Below, piece by piece: positions 1-7,915 of a stretch of 32,000 bases of DNA. How positions within the stretch are numbered: the stretch's first letter is position 1; every line of letters starts with the position of its first letter. Position numbers and translations under genes: made by a program. This stretch comes from Cereibacter sphaeroides 2.4.1 (GTDB lineage Bacteria > Pseudomonadota > Alphaproteobacteria > Rhodobacterales > Rhodobacteraceae), in the NCBI RefSeq assembly GCF_000012905.2, contig NC_007493.2, forward strand, positions 210,001 through 242,000. Reading direction: 5' to 3'. The notes under the pieces are model-generated. The model was not told the DNA's origin and made no database searches. It saw only the letters and a program-made list of their open reading frames with translations.

Positions 1-2
1 GG

Positions 3-1037
3 ATGGGCGCGCACGACTTTCTGGAAAAGCCCTACGGTGCCGAGCATCTGGTCGAGGTGCTCGACCGGGCGGTCGAACTGCGCCGGGTGCGGCGCGAGGC
101 GCGGACGTCGCGCCGCTCGGATCTGGCCTCGGCCCGGATCGAGGGTCGCCTGGTGGGCGCCTCTCCCGCCATCGCCGCGTTGCGCCGGATGGTGCAGGAC
201 CTGTCGGACGTGGCGGTGGATCTGCTGATCCGGGGCGAGACCGGTTCGGGCAAGGAGGAGCTTGCCCGCACCTTCCACGATTTCTCGCGCCGGGCGCGGC
301 GGCCCTTCGTGGCGATCCATTGCGCGGGCCTGCCGGAGGCGCAGTTCGAGGCCGAGCTCTTCGGGCACGAGCGCGGCTATCTGGCCGGAACCGCCGCGGC
401 GCGGATCGGCAAGCTCGAACATGCGAGCGGGGGGACGGTCTTCTTCAACGAGATCGAGGCCATGCCGCTCTCGCTGCAGTCGCGCCTGCTGCGGGCCATG
501 CAGGAGCGCGGGGTGGAGCGGCTCGGGTCGAACGCGCTGCGCCCGGTGGATCTGCGGATCATGGCGGCGACGCGGGTCGATCTGCTGGCCGAGGTGGCGG
601 CGGGCCGGTTCCGGGCAGATCTCTATTACCGCCTCTCGCCCGTCACGCTCGACCTGCCGCCGCTGCGCGAGCGGTCCGAGGATATCCCGCTCCTTTTCCT
701 GCGCTTTGCCGAAGAGGCCGCGGCGCGCTTCGGCCGCTCCGTGCCCGCGCTGCGCGAGGCCGATCTGCGGGCGCTGCGCGGCGAGAGCTGGCCCGGAAAT
801 GTGGGCGAGCTGAAGGCCGCCGCGGAACGGGCCGTGCTGGGGATGCGCCAGCCTCCGATCGCCGCGGAGCCCGACATCCTGCCGCTGCCCGAGCGGATGG
901 CGCGGATCGAGGCGGGCCTCATCGCCGAGGCGCTGGAAGAGTGCGGCGGCTCGTCGGCGCTGGCCGCCGACCGGCTGGGACTCCCGCGCCGGACCCTGAA
1001 CGAGAAGATCGCGCGCTACAGGCTGCGGGCCAGCTGA
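3..1037 (+). CDS. NtrC/DctD-family response regulator (AAA+ enhancer-binding protein with C-terminal Fis-type HTH); 5' end lies outside the window
   Basis: Open from the window edge. End of receiver domain (GAHDFLEKPY), Walker A GETGSGKE, ELFGHERG motif, FFNEIEAM (Walker B region), C-terminal HTH (AADRLGLPRRTLNEKIARY). GC3-rich codon usage. Confidence 0.85.
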   Translation: MGAHDFLEKPYGAEHLVEVLDRAVELRRVRREARTSRRSDLASARIEGRLVGASPAIAALRRMVQDLSDVAVDLLIRGETGSGKEELARTFHDFSRRARRPFVAIHCAGLPEAQFEAELFGHERGYLAGTAAARIGKLEHASGGTVFFNEIEAMPLSLQSRLLRAMQERGVERLGSNALRPVDLRIMAATRVDLLAEVAAGRFRADLYYRLSPVTLDLPPLRERSEDIPLLFLRFAEEAAARFGRSVPALREADLRALRGESWPGNVGELKAAAERAVLGMRQPPIAAEPDILPLPERMARIEAGLIAEALEECGGSSALAADRLGLPRRTLNEKIARYRLRAS

Positions 1038-1247
1038 TCGAGCGGATTTCTGCCAGACTCGCAGCCGTTCTGGCGGCTGCTCGCCAGGCGACGCGCACGG
1101 AGGGTGGGGAAAACGGTCAACAACCATCTGCCGAACAATAGGAAAATGCCCGCCCCCGACCCTCATGCGCAAAATGCCACACGCATTTGCCTGCGATGCG
1201 TGGGTTGCTCACTCTCTAGGCAACGATCATGCAAGGGAGGAAATCGC

Positions 1248-2201
1248 ATGTTCCGCCGCACAACCCTGTCCGCGGCCGCGGCCGCTGCCGTGCTGAGCCT
1301 TCAGCCGCAAGTAGCCGCCGCGCAGGAATTCATCAACGTCCTGACCGGGGGCACCTCGGGCGTCTACTATCCGCTGGGCGTGGGCCTGTCCGAAATCTAT
1401 GCCGAGAACATCGAAGGCGCGCGCACCCAGGTGCAGGCGACGAAGGCCTCGGTCGAGAACCTGAACCTGCTCGCGCAGCGCAAGGGCGAACTTGCCTTCG
1501 CCCTGGGCGATTCGGTGACGCTCGCCTGGGAAGGCAACGAGGAGGCGGGCTTCCCGCGCCCGCTGAAGAACCTGCGCGCCATCGCGGCCATCTATCCGAA
1601 CTATATCCAGATCGTGGCCGACGCCGCCTCGGGTGTCACGACGCTCGAGGATCTGAAGGGCAAGACGCTCTCGGTCGGCGCGCCCGCCTCGGGCACCGAG
1701 CTCAATGCCCGCGCCATCTTCGGTGCGGCGGGCATGAGCTACGAGGATCTCGCCAAGGTCGAATACCTGCCCTATGCGGAATCGGCCGAGCTCATCAAGA
1801 ACCGGCAGCTGCAGGCGACGCTGCAATCCTCGGGTCTGGGCGTGGCCTTCATCAAGGACCTCTCCTCGACCCACGACATCAACCTCGTGAGCATTCCGGC
1901 CGAGGTGGTCGAGAAGATCGGCGCGCCCTATCAGCCCGCGGTGATCCCGGCCGGCACCTATTCCGGGCAGGACACGGACGTGCCCACGGCGGCGGTGGGG
2001 AACCTTCTCGTGACGCATGAGGATGTGAGCGAGGAAACCGCCTATCAGATGACGAAGCTGATGTTCGAGAACCTCGACCGGCTGAAGTCGGCCCATGCGG
2101 CGGCGGGCAACATCAAGCCCGAGACGGCCATCGAGGCGCTGCCGATCCCGCTGCATCCGGGCGCGGAGAAATACTACCGCGAGATCGGTCTGATCCAGTA
2201 A
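1248..2201 (+). CDS. TAXI-family TRAP transporter solute-binding receptor
   Basis: ATG at 1248 preceded by GGGAGG (1235-1240). Signal peptide MFRRTTLSAAAAAAVLSLQPQVAAAQE. TAXI-like motifs LTGGTSGVYYPLG, NLRAIAAIYPNYIQIV, HPGAEKYYRE. The track ORF start at 1104 is probably too far upstream. Confidence 0.85.
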   Translation: MFRRTTLSAAAAAAVLSLQPQVAAAQEFINVLTGGTSGVYYPLGVGLSEIYAENIEGARTQVQATKASVENLNLLAQRKGELAFALGDSVTLAWEGNEEAGFPRPLKNLRAIAAIYPNYIQIVADAASGVTTLEDLKGKTLSVGAPASGTELNARAIFGAAGMSYEDLAKVEYLPYAESAELIKNRQLQATLQSSGLGVAFIKDLSSTHDINLVSIPAEVVEKIGAPYQPAVIPAGTYSGQDTDVPTAAVGNLLVTHEDVSEETAYQMTKLMFENLDRLKSAHAAAGNIKPETAIEALPIPLHPGAEKYYREIGLIQ

Positions 2202-2214
2202 CGGCATCTGCCGC

Positions 2215-2238
2215 GGCCCGGGCGGCATCGCCCGGGCC
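2215..2238 (+). terminator. Intercistronic GC hairpin (possible attenuator) between the receptor and permease genes
   Basis: GGCCCGGG-cggcatcg-CCCGGGCC followed by CTTTCC. Lies 14 nt after the receptor stop codon. Confidence 0.35.
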
Positions 2239-2304
2239 CTTTCCCGTCGCTCCGGTTCGAGGCTCGGGCCTCGCCGTCGCGGCCCCGTCCTTTCGGAGAC
2301 AGCC

Positions 2305-4422
2305 ATGTCCGCACCCTCTGCCGCCCCCGGGCCGGCCTCTTCCGCCGTTCATGCCCCCGATGTCCACGAGGAAGTCACCGAGGGCCTGCCGCCCGGCTTC
2401 GGCCCCGGCATCATGGGCAAGGTGGCCTTCTGGATCGCCGTCGCCTTCTCGCTCTTCCAGCTCTGGACCGCGGGCTACGGCACCCTGCCGAGCCAGGTCG
2501 TGCGGGCGATGCATGTGGGCTTCCTGCTGCTTCTCGGCTTCGGCCTCGTGGGCAACCTCCTCGCCAGGACCGCGGTCACGCGGGCAATCTTCTGGGGGCT
2601 CGGGCTGATCGGCTTCGGCACCGGGATCTACAACTGGGTGCTCTACGAGGAGCTGATCCGGCGCACGGGCTTTCTCACCCATGCCGATCTCGTGGTGGGC
2701 ACCGTGCTCGTGGTGCTGGTGTTCGAGGCCAGCCGCCGGCTGATGGGATGGCCGCTCGCCATCATCGCGGGCCTCTTCCTCGCCTACTGCTTTCTCGGCC
2801 AGCACATGCCGCCGCCCTTCATCCACCGCGGCTACGATTTCGAGCAGATCGTCGAGCATTTCGCCTTCGGCACCGAGGGGATCTACGGCACGCCGATCTA
2901 TGTGAGCTCGGCCTATATCTTCATCTTCGTGGTCTTCGCGGCCTTCCTCGAACGGGCGGGGATGCTGAACCTCTTCAACGATTTCGCGCTCGGCCTCGTG
3001 GGCGGCGTGCGCGGCGGGCCTGCACAGGTGGCGGTGCTTTCCTCGGCGCTGATGGGGACGATCTCGGGCTCGGGCGTGGCCAATGTGGTGGCCTCGGGCC
3101 AGTTCACCATCCCGATGATGAAGCGCTTCGGCTTCAAGCCCGCTTTCGCGGGCGGGGTCGAGGCCACGGCCTCGATGGGCGGGCAGATCATGCCGCCGGT
3201 GATGGGGGCCGTGGCCTTCATCATGGCCGAGACGCTGAACGTGCCCTATGCCGCCGTCGTGCAGGCCGCGATCCTGCCGGCCGTGCTCTATTTCGGCGTG
3301 GTGTTCTGGATGGTCTGGCTTCAGGCCGGGCGCGACGGTCTGCGCGGCCTGCCGCGGTCGGAGCTGCCGAACCCGTGGCATGCGGTGCGCGACCAGTGGC
3401 CGCTGATCCTGCCTCTGGCGGCGCTCGTCTATCTGCTCTTCGCGGGCTACACGCCGATCTTCGCCGGCACGATGGGCCTCGCGCTGGTGGCCGTGCTGAT
3501 CCTCGGCACGCCGCTTGCTGCCATGATCGGGCCCATGGCCTTCCGGCTCGTCTTCTGGGTTGCGCTGGGTCTCGCCTCCGCCGCCTTCCTGAAGCTCGGC
3601 GTCAACTTCCTCGTGCTGGTGATCGGCCTTCTCGTGCTGGCCTGCGCCCTCTTCAAGGGCGCGCGCCCGACCATCGGCATCCTCCGCGATGCTCTGGCGC
3701 AGGGTGCGCGCAACGCGCTGCCGGTGGGCATCGCCTGCGCCATCGTGGGCATCGTCATCGGTACGCTGACGCTGACGGGCATCGCCTCGACCTTCATCGG
3801 CGCGATCATCGCCATCGGGCGGGACAACCTGTTCCTGTCGCTGGTCCTCACCATGATCACCTGCCTCGTCCTCGGCATGGGGATCCCGACCATCCCGAAC
3901 TATATCATCACCTCCTCGCTCGCGGGGCCGGCGCTTCTCGATCTCGGCGTGCCGCTTCTCGTGAGCCACATGTTCGTCTTCTACTTCGGCATCATGGCGG
4001 ACCTCACCCCGCCGGTGGCGCTGGCCTGTTTCGCGGCCGGTCCCATCGCCAAGGCGCCGGGGCTGAAGATCTCGCTGCAGGCGGTGCGTCTGGCGGCCGC
4101 GGGCTTCGTGATCCCCTTCATGGCGGTCTACACGCCGTCGCTCATGCTGCAGGACGGAGGCGCCATCGCCGAGACCTGGGGCTACCCGGTCGAGGTGGTC
4201 TATATCTTCCTCAAGGCGGTGCTGGCCATCGGCCTATGGGGCGTGGCGGTCGTGGGGCAGCTCTTCGGGCGGGCGACGATGCTCGAGCGGGCGCTTGCGC
4301 TGGCGGCCGGCGTGTCGCTGGTCCTTGCCCTTCCGGCGACGGACGAGGTGGGCTTCGCCCTCGCGGTGGCGACGCTGCTCCTGCACTGGCTGCGCGTGCG
4401 GCGCGCGGCGCGGGCCGCATGA
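2305..4422 (+). CDS. TRAP transporter fused 4TM/12TM permease (TAXI-associated type)
   Basis: 705-aa highly hydrophobic ORF. ATG at 2305 with GGAGAC 5 nt upstream. Directly downstream of the TAXI receptor gene. Its stop overlaps the next start (ATGA). Confidence 0.85.
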   Translation: MSAPSAAPGPASSAVHAPDVHEEVTEGLPPGFGPGIMGKVAFWIAVAFSLFQLWTAGYGTLPSQVVRAMHVGFLLLLGFGLVGNLLARTAVTRAIFWGLGLIGFGTGIYNWVLYEELIRRTGFLTHADLVVGTVLVVLVFEASRRLMGWPLAIIAGLFLAYCFLGQHMPPPFIHRGYDFEQIVEHFAFGTEGIYGTPIYVSSAYIFIFVVFAAFLERAGMLNLFNDFALGLVGGVRGGPAQVAVLSSALMGTISGSGVANVVASGQFTIPMMKRFGFKPAFAGGVEATASMGGQIMPPVMGAVAFIMAETLNVPYAAVVQAAILPAVLYFGVVFWMVWLQAGRDGLRGLPRSELPNPWHAVRDQWPLILPLAALVYLLFAGYTPIFAGTMGLALVAVLILGTPLAAMIGPMAFRLVFWVALGLASAAFLKLGVNFLVLVIGLLVLACALFKGARPTIGILRDALAQGARNALPVGIACAIVGIVIGTLTLTGIASTFIGAIIAIGRDNLFLSLVLTMITCLVLGMGIPTIPNYIITSSLAGPALLDLGVPLLVSHMFVFYFGIMADLTPPVALACFAAGPIAKAPGLKISLQAVRLAAAGFVIPFMAVYTPSLMLQDGGAIAETWGYPVEVVYIFLKAVLAIGLWGVAVVGQLFGRATMLERALALAAGVSLVLALPATDEVGFALAVATLLLHWLRVRRAARAA

Positions 4423-4787
4423 GCCTCTGCGTCGCGGCGGGGGCGGCGGTGCTGTCCCTCGCCGCCTCGAGCTTCACGCTGAGCTGGACGCATTCGGTCG
4501 AGCATGTGGAGTGGTGGGAACGCTGGGAGGTGACCGAGGCAGGCCTGCGCCCGGTCGAGGCCCGGATTCAAGGATCGGGGGCAGGGATGGAGCTTCCGCC
4601 CGATGCCTGGCGCGAGGCCGACGGCTGGCACTATGTGCCGCGCCTGCCGCCCCAGCGCGAGGTGCGGCTCGCGGCCTCGGGCATGACGGGCGGCGGCTGG
4701 CGGCTCTGCGCCGCCGGCCGGTGCCACGATCTGGGCGCCGCGGCGATCGAGGGGATCCGCCTCTGGCAGTCGGCGGACTGCGGCTGA
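4419..4787 (+). CDS. DUF1850-like small protein typical of TAXI-TRAP operons
   Basis: ATG 4419 overlaps the permease TGA (ATGA). Product MSLCVAAGAAVLSLAASSFTLSWTHSVEHVEWWERWEV..., 122 aa. Position and length match the DUF1850 partner of TAXI permeases. Confidence 0.7.
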   Translation: MSLCVAAGAAVLSLAASSFTLSWTHSVEHVEWWERWEVTEAGLRPVEARIQGSGAGMELPPDAWREADGWHYVPRLPPQREVRLAASGMTGGGWRLCAAGRCHDLGAAAIEGIRLWQSADCG

Positions 4788-4789
4788 AC

Positions 4790-5059
4790 CGGGCGCCCTC
4801 GCGGGGCCGCCTGATCCGCATGGCCCCGGCCCGGGCGATGATCGTCTTCGAGGTGAACCCGGCGCCCCTCGCCATCGCACTCGAACCGATGGCGCCCGAT
4901 GGGTCGATCCGACGCGATCGCTCGCGGTTTGCCCAGGTCCAGGGCCTTGCACACATCGGCCGCGGCGAACCACGGGTTGCCCTCGATCTCGACCACCCGC
5001 ACCGGATGGTCCTTGAAGTCGAACAGCGAGGGATTGAGCGGAGGCGTGGCTGGAGGTGG
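4790..5059 (-). pseudogene. Bro-N domain (phage antirepressor-type) remnant, frameshifted and 3'-truncated
   Basis: Minus strand reads LFDFKDHPVRVVEIEGNPWFAAADVCKALDLGK (5040->4920). After a frame change it reads KTIIARAGAMRIRRPREGARF, which parallels VMLISESGLNKLVMRPDKPEAKKF of the neighbouring intact copy. No ATG start. Similarity ends at ~4788, exactly at the DUF1850 stop. Confidence 0.55.
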
Positions 5060-5515
5060 TCAACAAGGCGCTCCTGAAGGGGCCCAGCGGGGGGTGACCT
5101 TCAGTTGTTTCCGATTCAACTGAAGGTCATCAGGCGGCGGGTCTTCGTTCAATCTGGTTAAAACAGAGGTATCTCCCTCGATCGGACCAACGCCCCCCGG
5201 CATCGTGTAGGTGCCCGTCTTGCGGATGCTCGGGAGAACCTCGCGGGTGACCCAATCTTGAAACTTCTTCGCCTCAGGTTTGTCCGGGCGCATGACCAGC
5301 TTGTTGAGGCCGCTTTCGCTGATGAGCATGACTTCCCGCGCGCCAGAACGGGAGACAACCTTCACTTGTATCCGATACAACTGAGCTTCATCGGAGGCCA
5401 ACTTGCGGGCCGCAACCGAAACGTTGGGCGTTTGGGTGCGGGGGCCGAGGTTGTAGCCGAGGGCGATCAGAACATCCCGCAGGATGAACCACGGGTTCCC
5501 CTCGAGCATCACCAC
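5060..5515 (-). CDS. Bro-N domain protein (prophage antirepressor family)
   Basis: GTG start. Motifs LEGNPWFILRDVLIALGY ... ISESGLNKLVMRPDKPEAKKFQDWVTREVLPSIRKTGTY match the Bro-N pattern. GC is lower than the flanks. The C-terminal 40 aa are of doubtful coding value because they contain a 31-nt palindrome. Confidence 0.65.
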   Translation of the reverse strand: MVMLEGNPWFILRDVLIALGYNLGPRTQTPNVSVAARKLASDEAQLYRIQVKVVSRSGAREVMLISESGLNKLVMRPDKPEAKKFQDWVTREVLPSIRKTGTYTMPGGVGPIEGDTSVLTRLNEDPPPDDLQLNRKQLKVTPRWAPSGAPC

Positions 5516-5727
5516 ACGGAGCGCGTGGGAGCCGAAGTGTAAGGTGGCCGTCTAGGGCTTCTCGGTGGCGGCTGCGGGCTGCACCGCGGCGGGAGCCGGG
5601 AGGGCCTTCGGGGGGGCGGTGGGCGGGCGTGACGGCGGCAACAATGGTCTGAAGCATTGGTCCGAGGCAATCAGACCCTATCCCCTAACCCTCGGAAACA
5701 TAGGAAAAATCGGTCTGTAGGAGGGAG

Positions 5728-5817
5728 TGGCGGAGACGAAGGGATTCGAACCCTCGAGACGGTTTCCCGCCTGCACCCTTAGCAGGGGTGTGCCTTCGAC
5801 CACTCGGCCACGTCTCC
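5728..5817 (-). tRNA. tRNA-Ser (anticodon GCU), type II with long variable arm, CCA encoded
   Basis: Reverse complement GGAGACGTGGCCGAGTGGTCGAAGGCACACCCCTGCTAAGGGTGCAGGCGGGAAACCGTCTCGAGGGTTCGAATCCCTTCGTCTCCGCCA. It has a 7-bp acceptor stem, anticodon loop CT-GCT-AA, a GGTTCGAATCC T-loop and a long extra arm. Confidence 0.93.
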
Positions 5818-6032
5818 GCCGACCCGTATAGGGGGCAAGGTTACGGAAAACAAGCGTCTTGTTGAGAGCCTGGGACCGCAGGCGCGTCGGCTCGCCTCGT
5901 CTGGATCTGGAGGTGCATCAGCGCAGAATCAGCAGTTGCCAGAGCGCGTTTTGACGGTCGCAGCCCGCGGCTCTTCTGACCGACAAGGCGGGCACCCTCT
6001 CAGATGTCGTCGTGGAATAAGCTGGGCGTCAG

Positions 6033-6230
6033 GTGCGCTCGATCCGCATTGGCTTCGTGACTGCCGTTCAGCATGCCGGCCTGACCCATGCCACCTCCCT
6101 TGTGCTGGGGCATACAGAAGCCGTTCACAATGAACGCAGCAGGCATCCCGATGCAAAGATCGCCAAGTTTCTCGGTTACTCAAGCTCGGCCATAACCGGG
6201 CGGACCTATGCCCGACGCTCGCCGAGCACC
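6033..6230 (+). pseudogene. Possible tyrosine-recombinase (integrase) C-terminal remnant
   Basis: AGLTHATSLVLGH...DAKIAKFLGYSSSAITGRTYARR resembles the box II region (HxLRHT...LGHSSxxxTxxY) of phage integrases. No intact upstream catalytic domain is present. Confidence 0.3.
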
Positions 6231-6364
6231 GGACCGATGGGAAGCACCCGGTTGTGGCCGCCTTCTGAGGCTTTGGTTCTTCGTCTGGCCAGCTGTCGTG
6301 ACTGACATCGTCTGTGGCGGATGGTGTTATGCGGCAAGAGAGTCTGGCGGGCATCAAGCGGTGA

Positions 6365-6690
6365 CGTCGCTGGTCGGATGCGGAGAAGCGGTCGATCCTG
6401 GCGGAGGTTGGTGTGAATGGGGCGTGGGTTGCAGATGTCGCCCGTCGTCATGACCTGACCCGGCAGCACATCTACCAGTGGCGGGCCGAGTTCCGGCGGC
6501 GGGGCGAAAGCCTGACGGAGGAGACCGGGTTCCTGCCGGTCGAGACGACATCCGAGAACTGCGTCCCGTCGGTTCCCGCGGCGACCATACCGGTCGAGGT
6601 CGTGCTCGTGAACGGCTGACGCCTGCGCGGGATCGAGGGTCTGTCGCCGGCCGCCTCGCGCAACTGATCCGTTTGCTGGAAGGCGCATGA
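6365..6690 (+). pseudogene. IS66-family accessory gene tnpA, disrupted (N-terminal stop and internal frameshift)
   Basis: RRWSDAEKRSILAEVGVNGAWVADVARRHDLTRQHIYQWRAEF is the typical IS66 TnpA HTH. A TGA sits directly upstream at 6362. The C-terminal LAQLIRLLEGA* is in another frame and ends in ATGA overlapping the tnpB start. Confidence 0.7.
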
Positions 6691-6749
6691 TCGGGCCTAG
6701 GAATGGCATGCGCGTGTTCCTCGCGGCAGGCACCTCGGACAGACCCTGA
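6687..6749 (+). pseudogene. IS66-family tnpB, N-terminal 20 codons only
   Basis: MIGPRNGMRVFLAAGTSD matches the conserved TnpB N-terminus (MIxxPxGxRVxLAxGxTD). It is then truncated at the junction with the IS5-type fragment. Confidence 0.55.
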
Positions 6750-7033
6750 TCAGCGGCACTCGCCGCGGGCTGACCCCGGCGCTGGCGAAGGCGCTCCGGC
6801 GGCGCAGCAGCATCGAGCCCGAGATCGGCCACATGAAGACCGACGGACGGCTCGTGCGCTGCTTTCTGAAAGGTGCACTCGGCGATGCGCTTTTCGCCGT
6901 CCTCTGCGGCTGCGGCCACAACATCCGCAAGATCCTCGCTCATCAACGGAGGCTTCTTGGAGCCGTCATCTCTATCGTCCTGGCGGTGCTCCGGAAGCAG
7001 CGAACCCAAGGTCACGGTCTTGCCGCGGCTTGA
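6740..7033 (+). pseudogene. IS5/IS1182-family DDE transposase, C-terminal fragment
   Basis: ISGTRRGLTPALAKALRRRSSIEPEIGHMKTDGRLVRCFLKGALGDALFAVLCGCGHNIRKIL is the conserved C-terminal signature of this family (RRRSxIEPxIGHxK...LKGxxGD). There is no N-terminal part. Confidence 0.7.
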
Positions 7034-7838
7034 TCGCGTTGTTCAGGCTGAACGAAGTAAGCCCTAAGAAGTCCTTGAATTTTAACGTATGTGATTGATC
7101 AACATAAGTGATTGATCCGTGTGGTGACCCCGGCAGGACCTCTGCAACCGCTGATTTTGCGGAGAAATTTCGGTAAATGGGTCTCCTCTAGCCCTGTGGG
7201 AGATCAATGACTTAAGGGGCGGGCTGTAAACGCCGGCTGGCCGCGGAGGCGCTGCGGCTTCGTCTGTTCCCCGTCCGCGCGTGCGCGCCGCTTGCCGGTC
7301 TTTCACCTCAGCCATATCCACTGGACTTCCAGATGGGTTGATCGGTCGCGGGAGGAGAAGACCCGCCTGTCCCAAGAGGTGCGTGCGCGCGAGAAGTGGA
7401 TCCGAGGTATTCCTCGGCACGCTTCAATATCGGGGGCGCACGCGAGCCGATCTGCCGGACGGCTGTTCCGGGCAGTTCGACTGGTCCTTCTACCGCTGGA
7501 TCAAAACACGCGGATCGCCAACCAAGCTCAGATCAAACGGCTTGTGGCTGGTGCGTCGAACGACAAGGTCATCTTCCGGCTGCGGAGCGCGAGCGAGGTC
7601 AGGATGTTCTTGGCGCGACTTGCTTTGAACTCAAGCACGCCCTCGTCCTGCCTGGAGCGCCCCTCGCGCTGAGGCGGTGAAGGTCTGAACCCAGGCCTTA
7701 TCAGCCCCTCGTAGTCAGCCCCAGGCCGACCTGCATGCCGAGGCGCGGAGGTACGAGATCAGCCCGAACCTGCCCATCACTATCATAGCGACTCGATGTC
7801 AAGCGCGCACGCGGTCCTGTACAGGCCGGTTCGGCCCC

Positions 7839-7868
7839 TTGAGAATCAAGCGGCTTCAAGACTACATA
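7839..7868 (+). promoter_or_regulatory. Putative sigma-70 promoter of the HD/NTase operon
   Basis: TTGAGA (7839-7844), 18-nt spacer, TACATA (7863-7868), ~48 nt upstream of the ATG at 7916. Confidence 0.25.
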
Positions 7869-7915
7869 AACAGTCTGAGACCTTCGGTGCTACATTATGT
7901 TGAGGTGCCTTGCAG

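Noticed and set aside
1175-1190. Possible sigma-54 promoter TGCCAC-N-TTTGC upstream of the TAXI receptor gene
   Set aside because: The invariant GG is GC and the -24/-12 spacing is one nucleotide too long. This is not enough to call a promoter.
2113-3969. 618-aa minus-strand ORF (and 2748-4787 plus-strand 679 aa) overlapping the TRAP permease
   Set aside because: Arg/Asp/His/Gly-rich low-complexity translation with no motifs. This is the typical shadow ORF of a GC3-rich gene, and the hydrophobic 705-aa frame is the real one.
4631-5002. 123-aa minus-strand ORF as an intact gene
   Set aside because: Only its first ~30 residues look like Bro-N. The rest is antisense to the DUF1850 gene and Arg/Pro-rich, so I interpret it as a pseudogene remnant.
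5388-5657. 89-aa minus-strand ORF between the Bro gene and the tRNA
   Set aside because: It overlaps the Bro-N gene start in another frame, has low-complexity Pro/Arg content and has no RBS.
7074-7082. 9-bp inverted repeat CTTGAATTT (7074-7082) / AAATTCAAG (11946-11954) at the two island borders, possibly terminal inverted repeats
   Set aside because: Only 9 bp, in AT-rich sequence. The right copy coincides with the -35 box of a promoter, so chance is a sufficient explanation without further copies.
7281-7680. Three mutually overlapping plus-strand ORFs (94-126 aa) and one minus-strand ORF (7082-7420)
   Set aside because: No RBS, no recognisable motifs, Arg/Ser-rich, and mutually exclusive. 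I treat the region as unassigned rather than coding.
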